IMG/VR virus record: IMGVR_UViG_3300036770_004143
Coordinates: 186,001 to 250,000 of that record
Strand: one strand, 5' to 3'
Length of the DNA: 64,000 nt
Part shown: positions 26,918 to 35,639 of the stretch, one piece after another
Layout of the letters: the number at the start of each line of letters is the position of its first letter
How positions within the stretch are numbered: position 1 is the first letter of the stretch
Position numbers and translations under genes: made by a program
Notes under the pieces: generated by a model
Databases searched by the model: none
Told to the model about the DNA's origin: nothing
The model's input: the letters and a program-made list of their open reading frames with translations, nothing else

Positions 26918-27331
26918 TTAGAGTAATAGTTTTTTATCTTTCCAATTTTTATAGTGTATAGATTTTAAGTTTTTACATTCATCACATCTACAACCTCTAT
27001 TATACGCTCCTAAACTTGGGTGTTTTTTTAATTTTTCAATATTAATTCCACCTAACAATTTTATTTTACCTTTGTCAAATCCATCTTGCCAATTATCTTT
27101 TGGAGTGCCTAAAAATAAATGTTCAGGATTAACGCATTTTCTATTATCGCATTTATGACAGACATATAATCCTTCTGGAATTTCACCATAATGTAATATA
27201 TATGACATTCTATGGGAATCAACTGTTTTTTTATTTATTTTAAACACTCCGTAGCCAGTTTCACCCCTCAAACAGGCAGTCCACAACCAACAATAATCTG
27301 TTTTAATTACTTTGTCAAAAAATCTTTTCAT
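26918..27331 (-). CDS. HNH endonuclease (HNH_3 type)
   Basis: CWLWTA, SHRMSY, VCHKCDNRKCVNPEHLFLGT and GCRCDEC motifs. Confidence 0.9.
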   Translation of the reverse strand: MKRFFDKVIKTDYCWLWTACLRGETGYGVFKINKKTVDSHRMSYILHYGEIPEGLYVCHKCDNRKCVNPEHLFLGTPKDNWQDGFDKGKIKLLGGINIEKLKKHPSLGAYNRGCRCDECKNLKSIHYKNWKDKKLLL

Positions 27332-27373
27332 GTTTATTTATTTTAGCAATAAATATACAAACTTTTTTAAAAA

Positions 27374-27487
27374 AAGCAAGGGCAGGATTTGATACCTACA
27401 AGCTAGGCTCAACAGCCCAGAACAGTTTTGTTTAACGTCAGCATCCTTCTGATTTCTGTTTTGCGTCTACCATTCCGCCACCTTGCT
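27374..27487 (-). ncRNA. tRNA-like RNA E2 (about 30-nt loop on anticodon stem)
   Basis: agcaagg/ccttgct acceptor, D arm, aacag..ctgtt stem, variable arm, T arm. Confidence 0.7.
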
Positions 27488-27559
27488 TTGCTTGTCTTTC
27501 CAGGCTGTCAACAACTTATATACCAGCTTTGTACATCAATCACTAGGTTGTCAGCTTTG

Positions 27560-27657
27560 TAACAAGAATAGGATTCGAACCTATATTTAGGATTATTTAA
27601 TCGGGATCCATACCGTACCTACCTTTCGGCGTGTCTAACCAGTTCCACCACCTTGCT
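27560..27657 (-). ncRNA. tRNA-like RNA E3
   Basis: agcaagg/tcttgtt acceptor, D and T arms, unrelated central insert. Confidence 0.7.
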
Positions 27658-27904
27658 ATAAATCTTTTTGAATATCTAATTTACATTTTTGGCGATCTGA
27701 TTTGGAGAACATCCTTTTGATATTCTTCTTTACCTTATCACCCCAAAAAGAAGCCCATTTTCCTTTACCAGAAGGATTCATTTGTGGTTTCATATCTTCA
27801 ATAATTTTGTTAATTCTAGTTATTAATACATTTTGACCAATGAAAAATCCTACCCAAAAAGTTAAGATGAATACTGATATTAAATAAATTACTTCTATAA
27901 TCAT
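27656..27904 (-). CDS. Membrane-anchored hypothetical protein
   Basis: Hydrophobic N-terminus. Confidence 0.55.
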   Translation of the reverse strand: MIIEVIYLISVFILTFWVGFFIGQNVLITRINKIIEDMKPQMNPSGKGKWASFWGDKVKKNIKRMFSKSDRQKCKLDIQKDL

Positions 27905-27926
27905 AATATTATTTTTTTAAAAAAGG

Positions 27927-28054
27927 TAACAATGACAGGATTCGAACCTGTATGATGTTTTATATCTGTTCCAACAGTGTGCATCAGTTGTATCTACATC
28001 TCACATCACTTAAAATTAAGTTAATTAGCGTCTAACCAATTCCGCCACCTTGCT
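27927..28054 (-). ncRNA. tRNA-like RNA E4 (about 70-nt insert)
   Basis: agcaagg/cattgtt acceptor, D and T arms. Confidence 0.7.
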
Positions 28055-28121
28055 ACCATACCTCAAAGATACATCAAGATTTTTAGAAAACCAAATCTAT
28101 TTTTAACTTATTTTGTTTTTG

Positions 28122-28234
28122 TAGCAAGAGTGAGATTCGAACTCACACGGTGGATTTTATAAGGTTATTTTCTCTGTTTTACGTTGCAACATCCACCCAA
28201 CCCTTAAGCGTCTATCCAATTTCGCCACCTTGCT
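28122..28234 (-). ncRNA. tRNA-like RNA E5
   Basis: agcaagg/tcttgct acceptor; ggtggat..atccacc stem around the insert. Confidence 0.7.
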
Positions 28235-28287
28235 GTATTTATATTTTTAAAACCAATATTTACCAAGTAATTAGTTATAGCCAATAG

Positions 28288-28470
28288 CTAAAATCGTGGT
28301 ACATGGGTGTCTATCTTTTCAGACAGAACATTTTTAATCATTTCCCAACTTTGCATTACATCTCTATCAATGCTTGCGGTTTTGGTTTTACTATCAAGTG
28401 ATCTTGCAACCAATCTAAATGTATCTTCAATTTGCTTTGCTTGAAACTCGTAAATCTTCAATTCTTTCAT
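28288..28470 (-). CDS. Hypothetical protein
   Basis: ORF. Confidence 0.55.
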   Translation of the reverse strand: MKELKIYEFQAKQIEDTFRLVARSLDSKTKTASIDRDVMQSWEMIKNVLSEKIDTHVPRF

Positions 28471-28612
28471 GATTTTTATTTTACCATTTAACCCAATAAG
28501 TTCTATTTAGCCACCCAAAACCTATTTCATTTGTACCATCTGAACATTTGGTATAAGTAAACATTGGAAATATTAGCCATGTTTTATCTTCTTTCATAAT
28601 TTTAATTGTTTG

Positions 28613-28734
28613 TAGTCAGGGCAGGAATTGAACCTGCGTCACACTCGCTTGATACCCTACACACCTCATATTTTCATATGGAACGGACTCGAACCGTCGT
28701 CACCAGTTGCTCTACCCATCTGAGCTACCTAACT
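28613..28734 (-). ncRNA. tRNA-like RNA E6 with a second internal T arm
   Basis: agttagg/cctgact acceptor; gacgg-TTCGAGT-ccgtt internal arm plus terminal T arm. Confidence 0.7.
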
Positions 28735-28796
28735 AGTTAAGATTTCTAAAACCCATCTCTTACAAGGCAAGGAAACTCCATCTTATGTTTTTTGCG

Positions 28797-28876
28797 TAGT
28801 CAGGGCCGGATTCGAACCGGATAAGCAACCGTTTTTAATGGACTTGGAAACCATTCCGCATTACGCCCACCTGACT
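28797..28876 (-). ncRNA. tRNA-like RNA E7
   Basis: agtcagg/cctgact acceptor, TTCGAAT T arm, abnormal D and anticodon region. Confidence 0.65.
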
Positions 28877-28966
28877 AAATTGCCTGTCTTTCCAAGCTGT
28901 CACCCACTTATAAGCCTCTAGGTTTTTGTTCCTGTCAGGGTAAGGCAATTAGCTGCATTGCAACTG

Positions 28967-29046
28967 TAGTCAGGGCCGGATTCGAACCGGATAAGCAACC
29001 GTTTTTAATGGACTTGGAAACCATTCCGCATTACGCCCACATAACT
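28967..29046 (-). ncRNA. tRNA-like RNA E8 (duplicate of E7)
   Basis: 28966-29040 is identical to 28796-28870. Confidence 0.65.
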
Positions 29047-29097
29047 ATCATAATTCCTTATTGACAATTCAAAGATACATCAATGTTTTCATAAAAC

Positions 29098-29286
29098 CTA
29101 ATTTAACTTTGTATTTTGTACTACTTGAATATATATTTTATCATTCACTTGATTTTCCAATGTATCACATATTTTAAAAATTACTTGATCATGTACACCA
29201 TGAGGCACTTTGTTACGTAATTGCATTACATTTAAATACCTAACGTCTTTAAATACTTGTTCAGAAACATCCATAATTTTTGCCAT
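29098..29286 (-). CDS. Isolated MKNI-like microprotein
   Basis: Same size and QV/DKI pattern as the array genes. Confidence 0.5.
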   Translation of the reverse strand: MAKIMDVSEQVFKDVRYLNVMQLRNKVPHGVHDQVIFKICDTLENQVNDKIYIQVVQNTKLN

Positions 29287-29304
29287 ACTATTGTTTTTTA
29301 AAAA

Positions 29305-29607
29305 TTCAAGTTGCAGAAATGAGAAGTTATATAGACAAAAACAAAATCAAAATAAAAATCAAAGACCCAACTTACTTCAAAGGCAAAAACAAAAACCAAG
29401 ACCCTTTTTATTACATAATTAACAATTTAATGCAACCTATGTAATGTTTGGGTTCTATCCCAGTTTTATGTTTGTAAGTTGGCGGTTGTGATATTCATCA
29501 TTTGTAGTTTTTTGTCAACCTTTCGGTTAACCGGTCATTAATATACCTCCCATTCCCACATAAAAGTGGGGGTGCTTAAACTCCTGCAAAACACCCCACA
29601 CTACCCC
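29305..29607 (-). ncRNA. Putative structured RNA with U-rich hexamer repeats
   Basis: Hairpins, a GAAA tetraloop, and a gttgca/tgcaac stem enclosing TTTG-type hexamers. Confidence 0.45.
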
Positions 29608-30534
29608 TTACTCTTTGCTATCACCAATTGTTCCCAAGAACTGATCAACAACTGGCTTAAATCTTGCATCAACCATAATTCTTAATGCAGCAACTCTTCC
29701 AGTTTCTTCCTGGATTTTGGAATTAAATTCTAGTTCGGCTTTCTTTCTCTTACCCTGCCATTCTTGAATTGCAATAGAGTATTGCATATTCAACTTGTTG
29801 TTGGCCTCATTAACCAAAGTTTGTAAACCAGCATTCTCATTTGCAATTTTTGCATTCTCCAATGTAACCAGGTTCTTTACCTTTGCTTTGTAATAATTAA
29901 CTTTCTGCTCATATTGTCTATGAATAGCAGATAAGTTTTTGTGCAACTCACCCAACTCATCAATTGTATGATGAATGGTAACATTCATTGGAGTTTTCTT
30001 CTCCCTCTCTAATTCAATCCATTCCAGAGTTTTTAACTTTGGCAATTCATTTCTTAATTTATCCAATTTACCACCCTTATGGATAAACTGACCATAATGG
30101 GCAGCAAAGGCTTCTGCCTCCAAATACTCATTGTATTCGCTTGAGGTTAATTGTTGCCAACCCCACTCTTCATTTACCTCATCCTTGTAATCAATAACCT
30201 CATAATTTGGTGATGTAGGTTGGGGGACATCAAAGGTAAATGATTTCTTTTTTAAAGCATCAAGCATCTTATCCTTTGCCTGGATATTATCCATTAGGAA
30301 TGCTTGCGTTGCGTGTAGCCTTGCTTTCTCTTGAAGCAAATCCACAATGTTCTCTGGCATTTTAACTCCCTGTGTCTCAATATATACCCCACTTGGTAAT
30401 GTTAAGGTCTTATGAGAGTTATTAACACTATCAATCTTTGACTGAATATCTCTTGCCTCTTGATTGCAAAGATTGGAGATTGATTGTGCTTGCGATAAAG
30501 ACAACCCTTTATTGGATAATGAATTACTTCTCAT
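29608..30534 (-). CDS. Conserved coiled-coil protein (GLSLSQAQSISNLCNQ family)
   Basis: 308 aa helical ORF. Confidence 0.7.
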   Translation of the reverse strand: MRSNSLSNKGLSLSQAQSISNLCNQEARDIQSKIDSVNNSHKTLTLPSGVYIETQGVKMPENIVDLLQEKARLHATQAFLMDNIQAKDKMLDALKKKSFTFDVPQPTSPNYEVIDYKDEVNEEWGWQQLTSSEYNEYLEAEAFAAHYGQFIHKGGKLDKLRNELPKLKTLEWIELEREKKTPMNVTIHHTIDELGELHKNLSAIHRQYEQKVNYYKAKVKNLVTLENAKIANENAGLQTLVNEANNKLNMQYSIAIQEWQGKRKKAELEFNSKIQEETGRVAALRIMVDARFKPVVDQFLGTIGDSKE

Positions 30535-30559
30535 GGTTATTGTTTTTTTGGTTTAATAT

Positions 30560-30787
30560 TTATTTTAATTTACCTGAAGCATCTTTTAACATCTTTGGTA
30601 AATAGTCTTGCATTAACTGTTTTCTAGTTACTTCCCATCCAATTTCAGGCAAAGCATAATCTTCAAAGTAAGTATATCTAACCATACCACATAAGTTTGA
30701 ACCAGCTTCTTTAACTTCATCCTCTCCCACTTTTACCTGGAATTTTCCTTCACCAAGATGAGTTATTACATAATCTTCTATTTCCAT
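30560..30787 (-). CDS. Hypothetical protein
   Basis: ORF. Confidence 0.55.
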   Translation of the reverse strand: MEIEDYVITHLGEGKFQVKVGEDEVKEAGSNLCGMVRYTYFEDYALPEIGWEVTRKQLMQDYLPKMLKDASGKLK

Positions 30788-30967
30788 AATTTATTTTTTT
30801 TTACCCAATAACTGATTGATGCGGATTACCAAGTTGGCATAAAACCTTACAAAGATTTTTACACCTTTTGGTGTTTCATCTAATATTTCTTGGAAAATCT
30901 TACTCCTCATATATTGTTGTTTTTTATTCAACAAAGATATTTATAATAAATCAACAAGTCAAACAAT

Positions 30968-31342
30968 ATGAAGAAAATATTTCTTTTAATTTCACTTTTA
31001 ATTTCACTTTTTATTTCAAGCCATTCATTTGGTCAAATTCCCCAGGATAAACTATTACACTTTGGTGCTGGTGTTGGCATTGGTGCAACCATAACTTTAA
31101 CCCATAAGAAACCAAATATACATATTGGGTATGGAGAAATCATTCAAAAAAGCGTATTTGCTGGGGCTGGTATTGGATTATTAAAAGAATCCTATGATGC
31201 ATCAGTATATGGAAACAAGTATTTTGATGTTGGTGATGCTGCTGCAACCGCATTGGGTTCATTGGTTGGATCCTTAATAATATATTCCATTGTTAAAGAT
31301 AAAAAACCAAAATCAAAATACCACTTCTGTCCCCAATTTTAA
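30968..31342 (+). CDS. Membrane protein (YfiM/VanZ-like, DKLLHF)
   Basis: Signal peptide; QDKLLHF, GLLKE.YD and D.AAT.LG motifs. Confidence 0.6.
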   Translation: MKKIFLLISLLISLFISSHSFGQIPQDKLLHFGAGVGIGATITLTHKKPNIHIGYGEIIQKSVFAGAGIGLLKESYDASVYGNKYFDVGDAAATALGSLVGSLIIYSIVKDKKPKSKYHFCPQF

Positions 31343-31375
31343 ACAGTATGTGGAATCATCTTCAAACCTTTTAAA

Positions 31376-31639
31376 CTATTTTGCTTCAAGAACCGTAAAT
31401 TCAACTACACCTGTTTTCATTGTGTAATATATGGAATAATTTATTTTATCACTATCAGTATTACTTACACTCCAATAACTATTGTTTTCAGACTTGTTAG
31501 TCCAGCTATTATTTAAGATAGCATTCATAACCATTCTATAAGGTAATTTACCAGTAAACTTTTTTTCTACACATTCAGCATATTCTTTAGTAATTTTTGC
31601 TGCGTTCAACATCCAGTTTAATTCTTTTGTAGTTACCAT
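31376..31639 (-). CDS. Hypothetical protein
   Basis: ORF; TATCTTTG upstream. Confidence 0.55.
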   Translation of the reverse strand: MVTTKELNWMLNAAKITKEYAECVEKKFTGKLPYRMVMNAILNNSWTNKSENNSYWSVSNTDSDKINYSIYYTMKTGVVEFTVLEAK

Positions 31640-31729
31640 TTTTGTTGTTTTTATAATTGAAGTGCAAAGATATAAAATTATTCTGATAATGCAAACTTTT
31701 TTATTTTATTTTTTATACAGCGGACAAAT

Positions 31730-32260
31730 TTAAGAAAAAATGTTATTATTATTTATATCCCAAGTTCCATCATTATCAACTGATTTAATTTGGTTTGGTT
31801 CAAATGTAACATAAACACTATCTGAATCTTGATAATCTTCGTCATCAATCCAAGAATCTTTTACATTCACAAAGATAACACCATCATATTTACTTCTATT
31901 TTTATAAACATTTGCCACAACTTCTCTTGTGGAAGTACCATATTCACTCTCAATATCATCCCATTTTTTGTCTTTACAATCCAAAATTAATGGTCTTTTA
32001 ATACTCAAATAAACTTCATAAACAATTCCATCCCTAGAATACCCCTCGGCATTATAATAATCAGGAGTGAAATACGTAATACCCATAAATTCATCAAACT
32101 CTTCATATGAACCGTGATAAACAGGTAATGGTTTCCCGTTATAAGCAACTTTACTACCACTAAACCACTTCCTAAAATTATTATTTAAGTTATTTTCAAC
32201 TTCTTGTTCTTCATTCAAATATTTACGTATTGTTTTTACTATAACTTTTCTTAGTTCCAT
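31730..32260 (-). CDS. ADP-ribosyltransferase-like protein (ART-PolyVal type) with YLNE leader
   Basis: F..WF..SKV, PVYHGS, YFT..AEGY, YDGVIF and VTFEPNQIKS motifs. Confidence 0.6.
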   Translation of the reverse strand: MELRKVIVKTIRKYLNEEQEVENNLNNNFRKWFSGSKVAYNGKPLPVYHGSYEEFDEFMGITYFTPDYYNAEGYSRDGIVYEVYLSIKRPLILDCKDKKWDDIESEYGTSTREVVANVYKNRSKYDGVIFVNVKDSWIDDEDYQDSDSVYVTFEPNQIKSVDNDGTWDINNNNIFS

Positions 32261-32273
32261 ATTATTAATTAAT

Positions 32274-32687
32274 TTAAACAGTATGTGGGACAACCCACCT
32301 TATGCAATCCTGGGGTTGTCTGGTTATATGCTTGTAGTTGTTGATATAACCCATCATATTTGCAGATCCAATTGCATTGGCTGAATGAACCTTAACCTCA
32401 CATACTGGTGCACCATCCATCCATTTTTCAACCAACCACTTGGTGCAATCCATTCCAGTTTTTTCTGTGATGTTGTTGTAGTCCAATGTGAAATTGTGAT
32501 ATACATTGTTATGCCACTCTTCTATGGCTGTATCACCCAAGTCGTGATCCAATGATATAAGTTTAATGTTTTCTAACCCAAGTTCAGTTATCTTGGAAAC
32601 AAATTCATCATAACTTCTAACTATAATCCATCTGATATTGCTAGTTATAGGTGTACGCACGTCATCCAAATAAATGTTATATTTCAT
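32274..32687 (-). CDS. Cyclic-phosphate-processing receiver-domain protein
   Basis: IYLDDVR, ISLDHDLG, TGMDC and VHSAN..G..M motifs. Confidence 0.75.
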   Translation of the reverse strand: MKYNIYLDDVRTPITSNIRWIIVRSYDEFVSKITELGLENIKLISLDHDLGDTAIEEWHNNVYHNFTLDYNNITEKTGMDCTKWLVEKWMDGAPVCEVKVHSANAIGSANMMGYINNYKHITRQPQDCIRWVVPHTV

Positions 32688-32741
32688 AGTTATTAGTTTA
32701 GAATACAAAGATAGTTTAATTATTTTAAATTTCCAAAAAAA

Positions 32742-33191
32742 TTAATCCTTATACCTCCATTCATCACCTTCCACATTAACATCATATACATCATCCCAAG
32801 TTATATAATCACGTAATGTGCCTTTTGAAAAATCATATATCTTATCATTTATTGTAATCCAGTGATGGGTCATTAATGTTTGTTCATCACCATATTCATC
32901 AATATAAGGTTCATCTACTTCTATCTCACCAAATACTTTTTTAACAGTTTTGAACTCATAAATAATTGTTGAAACAATACCCTGGCAATCCCCATTTTCT
33001 TGATTATCAACAAAACTTTTCCAGGCTAAATCCAAATCACCATCATATAACTCATTAAACTCCTCTTCATCTACTAATGTTTCCATTATTAGTGATTTTT
33101 TTATTTGCTGAATTAGTTCTTCTGAATTTTCAATACTTTCATTCAAATAACCCCTTATCACACTTTTAATAGTTTGCTTCAAATCTATCAC
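32742..33191 (-). CDS. Hypothetical protein with YLNE leader, possible papain/transglutaminase-like triad
   Basis: GDCQ...HHW...YDFS. Confidence 0.45.
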   Translation of the reverse strand: MIDLKQTIKSVIRGYLNESIENSEELIQQIKKSLIMETLVDEEEFNELYDGDLDLAWKSFVDNQENGDCQGIVSTIIYEFKTVKKVFGEIEVDEPYIDEYGDEQTLMTHHWITINDKIYDFSKGTLRDYITWDDVYDVNVEGDEWRYKD

Positions 33192-33234
33192 CTATTTTGA
33201 TTTATTTATAAATATCAGTATTTTAAATTTCTAC

Positions 33235-33453
33235 TTACTGGCAGTTTCTTTTGTTGCGTTCTGCACAAAATTTACAATTCCCTTTATGGGCAAGAAAATC
33301 TCTATTACCCCCTACTACACTTCCCACATATTCACATTCATCAATAATATAGGTTTTTATATATCTACTATTTATGGTAGATATAACTTCACCATCTTTT
33401 TCACATCCACAAATAATGATAGATGCCAATAATACATAAGCAAATTTGTTCAT
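33235..33453 (-). CDS. Small lipoprotein-like protein
   Basis: Hydrophobic N-terminus ending ICGC. Confidence 0.5.
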   Translation of the reverse strand: MNKFAYVLLASIIICGCEKDGEVISTINSRYIKTYIIDECEYVGSVVGGNRDFLAHKGNCKFCAERNKRNCQ

Positions 33454-33454
33454 A

Positions 33455-33703
33455 TTAGTTATATTTTTTGTAAATTAATTCATAAGCACGTTCTAATTGT
33501 TTCTCCCAAGAATCTATTGGATAACCAGATGATTGTGAGTTTAAATTTTTTGACATCACCTTGAACTGGTCCGCACACCCCTCTGTTAACATTCGATACA
33601 ATGGGGCATCAACATCTTTTATTTCCAAAGCAACTTTTCTTGTTCCACTCTCAACCTCATCCATAAGTTTCTGGATAAGACGCATTTTCTCCACTATTGT
33701 CAT
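33455..33703 (-). CDS. Hypothetical protein
   Basis: ORF. Confidence 0.55.
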   Translation of the reverse strand: MTIVEKMRLIQKLMDEVESGTRKVALEIKDVDAPLYRMLTEGCADQFKVMSKNLNSQSSGYPIDSWEKQLERAYELIYKKYN

Positions 33704-33976
33704 ATTCTATGAATTATATTGGTTCATTAAGTCAGCAAAATCAAATGCTTTGTCTATATTAATAGACCTATAAACAATTCTAACATCTTTATCTTCTGCT
33801 ATGATACTTAATGCATCTTGCTCATCAACAACAAAAGCAGACGTTCCATCAAAAAGAACATAATGTAATCCCATAGTAAAATGTTTTTAGAAATTTCCGT
33901 GAATACCACATCTTTATTTCTTTCACAAATATACACATTTTTTTTGAAACAAAAACTATTTATAAAAAAAAAGAAT

Positions 33977-34231
33977 ATGGAAGCCAAAAATATCAAAAAT
34001 GTAAAAAAAATTAAGTATTACGAAGTTCCATTAGATGATGGAAAATTTGCATTAATGGACCAAAAGGAATTTGATAAATGGTCTGTAGGTTCACCAGATG
34101 ATGCCATTGCAAAAGCAAGTGGTCTTATTGAATATATTCTTTTTGAAATGGATGACAAGAATTATGCCATACCTGAATCAAAATTTGAAGCCTACATCAA
34201 AAAATTAAATGAAGATGCAAAAAACATATAA
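33977..34231 (+). CDS. Hypothetical protein
   Basis: Start moved to MEAKNI, downstream of TATTTATA. Confidence 0.55.
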   Translation: MEAKNIKNVKKIKYYEVPLDDGKFALMDQKEFDKWSVGSPDDAIAKASGLIEYILFEMDDKNYAIPESKFEAYIKKLNEDAKNI

Positions 34232-34943
34232 GATAATCATAATGTCAGACTTGCATCTGGGTATGAATGATTCAAAACCAAAAGAAATACTTAACTTCTT
34301 ATCCAGAATACAAACAGATACCTTAATCCTAAATGGTGATATCATTGATATTGATGCCCTAAATAGAGGAGCAAAATGGAAAAATAAACACACAAAAGTA
34401 TTATTAAAAATACTTGAAATGTCAAAGAAGACAAAAGTGGTTTATGTTAGGGGAAATCATGATGATGTTATAAAAAACTTCTTTAATGCAAGAATAGCAG
34501 GTATTGAATTTACTGATGAATATGAAATACAACTTGAAGATGATAAAAGATATTTAGTCTTACATGGTGATCAACTTGAAAACTTTGAAGGAAAACTAAA
34601 AATACTTTATCATATTGGTTCAATAATGTATGATGCATTACTAACTCTAAATAATTATTACAACATCATTAGAACAAAACTAAACCTACCCTATCACTCC
34701 CTATCCAAAGCAGCAAAAACAAATGTAAAGAAGATAATGTCATTTATATTTAAGTTTGAAACCAAGGCCATTGAACTAGCTGAAAATAGAAACTTTGATG
34801 GTATAATATGTGGTCATATCCATACACCAATAATAAAGAAAATATCCAATATAGAATACCTTAATAGTGGCGACTGGGTTGAAAATAGAACAGCATTAGC
34901 CTTGGATTCAAACAACAAATGGTCAATCCTTAATCTTGAGTAA
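34209..34943 (+). CDS. LpxH-like metallophosphoesterase (UDP-2,3-diacylglucosamine hydrolase family)
   Basis: SDLHLG, LNGDIID, RGNHD, LHGD, CGHIH and NSGDWVE motifs. Confidence 0.8.
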   Translation: MKMQKTYKIIIMSDLHLGMNDSKPKEILNFLSRIQTDTLILNGDIIDIDALNRGAKWKNKHTKVLLKILEMSKKTKVVYVRGNHDDVIKNFFNARIAGIEFTDEYEIQLEDDKRYLVLHGDQLENFEGKLKILYHIGSIMYDALLTLNNYYNIIRTKLNLPYHSLSKAAKTNVKKIMSFIFKFETKAIELAENRNFDGIICGHIHTPIIKKISNIEYLNSGDWVENRTALALDSNNKWSILNLE

Positions 34944-35026
34944 TTCAAAATATTTTTTCCTAACCAATGCACCCAACTCCTGATCATTTGGTGTTTCCAA
35001 TATTTCTTTTTCTGTAATTTTTATAT

Positions 35027-35575
35027 TCATATAATTTGATTTAATATTCTCCCAACAGTTTCATCATCAACACTTATGGTTTCATATTTAACGCCATACA
35101 AATCCAACATATCTTTTATCTCTTTATCAATTATTATTGATTCATCCAATGTCTGAAACCTTTCCCCCTCATCATATGATGAATTTAAATTACGTTCAAG
35201 AAAATAATTAACATTATCATATCTATTAAATAAATTAACTATAAATGAATCAAATTCTTTACCATATAGAGATGATATGAAATCCCCCTCCTTCTTGTAT
35301 TTTTCCTTATAAACAAGTGCAAACAATATTGGTGAATCACATATAACAAAATCAACCTTACCATAAGACCTAACAATATTCCTATGCTGATTTGCTGTAA
35401 TATAAAACTGATCCTTTATTGCACCTGTATTTTCATCCCAAGCCAAGTTTTTGGGAAACTCATATGGATTATCAACACTAATATGTTGTTTCTTTAATTC
35501 ATACATCAAACCACTAGCAATAGTGCTTTTTCCAGCACCTGGACCAGCAAATAAATTAATTATCTGTGTTTTCAT
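35027..35575 (-). CDS. NadR-like P-loop NTPase/kinase (AAA_28)
   Basis: GPGAGKST, YEF.K, CDSPI and ERFQ motifs. Confidence 0.7.
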   Translation of the reverse strand: MKTQIINLFAGPGAGKSTIASGLMYELKKQHISVDNPYEFPKNLAWDENTGAIKDQFYITANQHRNIVRSYGKVDFVICDSPILFALVYKEKYKKEGDFISSLYGKEFDSFIVNLFNRYDNVNYFLERNLNSSYDEGERFQTLDESIIIDKEIKDMLDLYGVKYETISVDDETVGRILNQII

Positions 35576-35639
35576 TTTTTTTTTAAAATTTAAAAAAAAA
35601 GATTTATGATGTCCAGTTTCTATTGTAAAAAACTTGACA

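Noticed and set aside
26630-28234. Calling E1-E5 tRNA-Leu
   Set aside because: The D arms are Leu-like, but no canonical anticodon arm can be drawn
26630-29046. tmRNA
   Set aside because: No Ala-type G3:U70 acceptor and no tag reading frame; the inserts are too short
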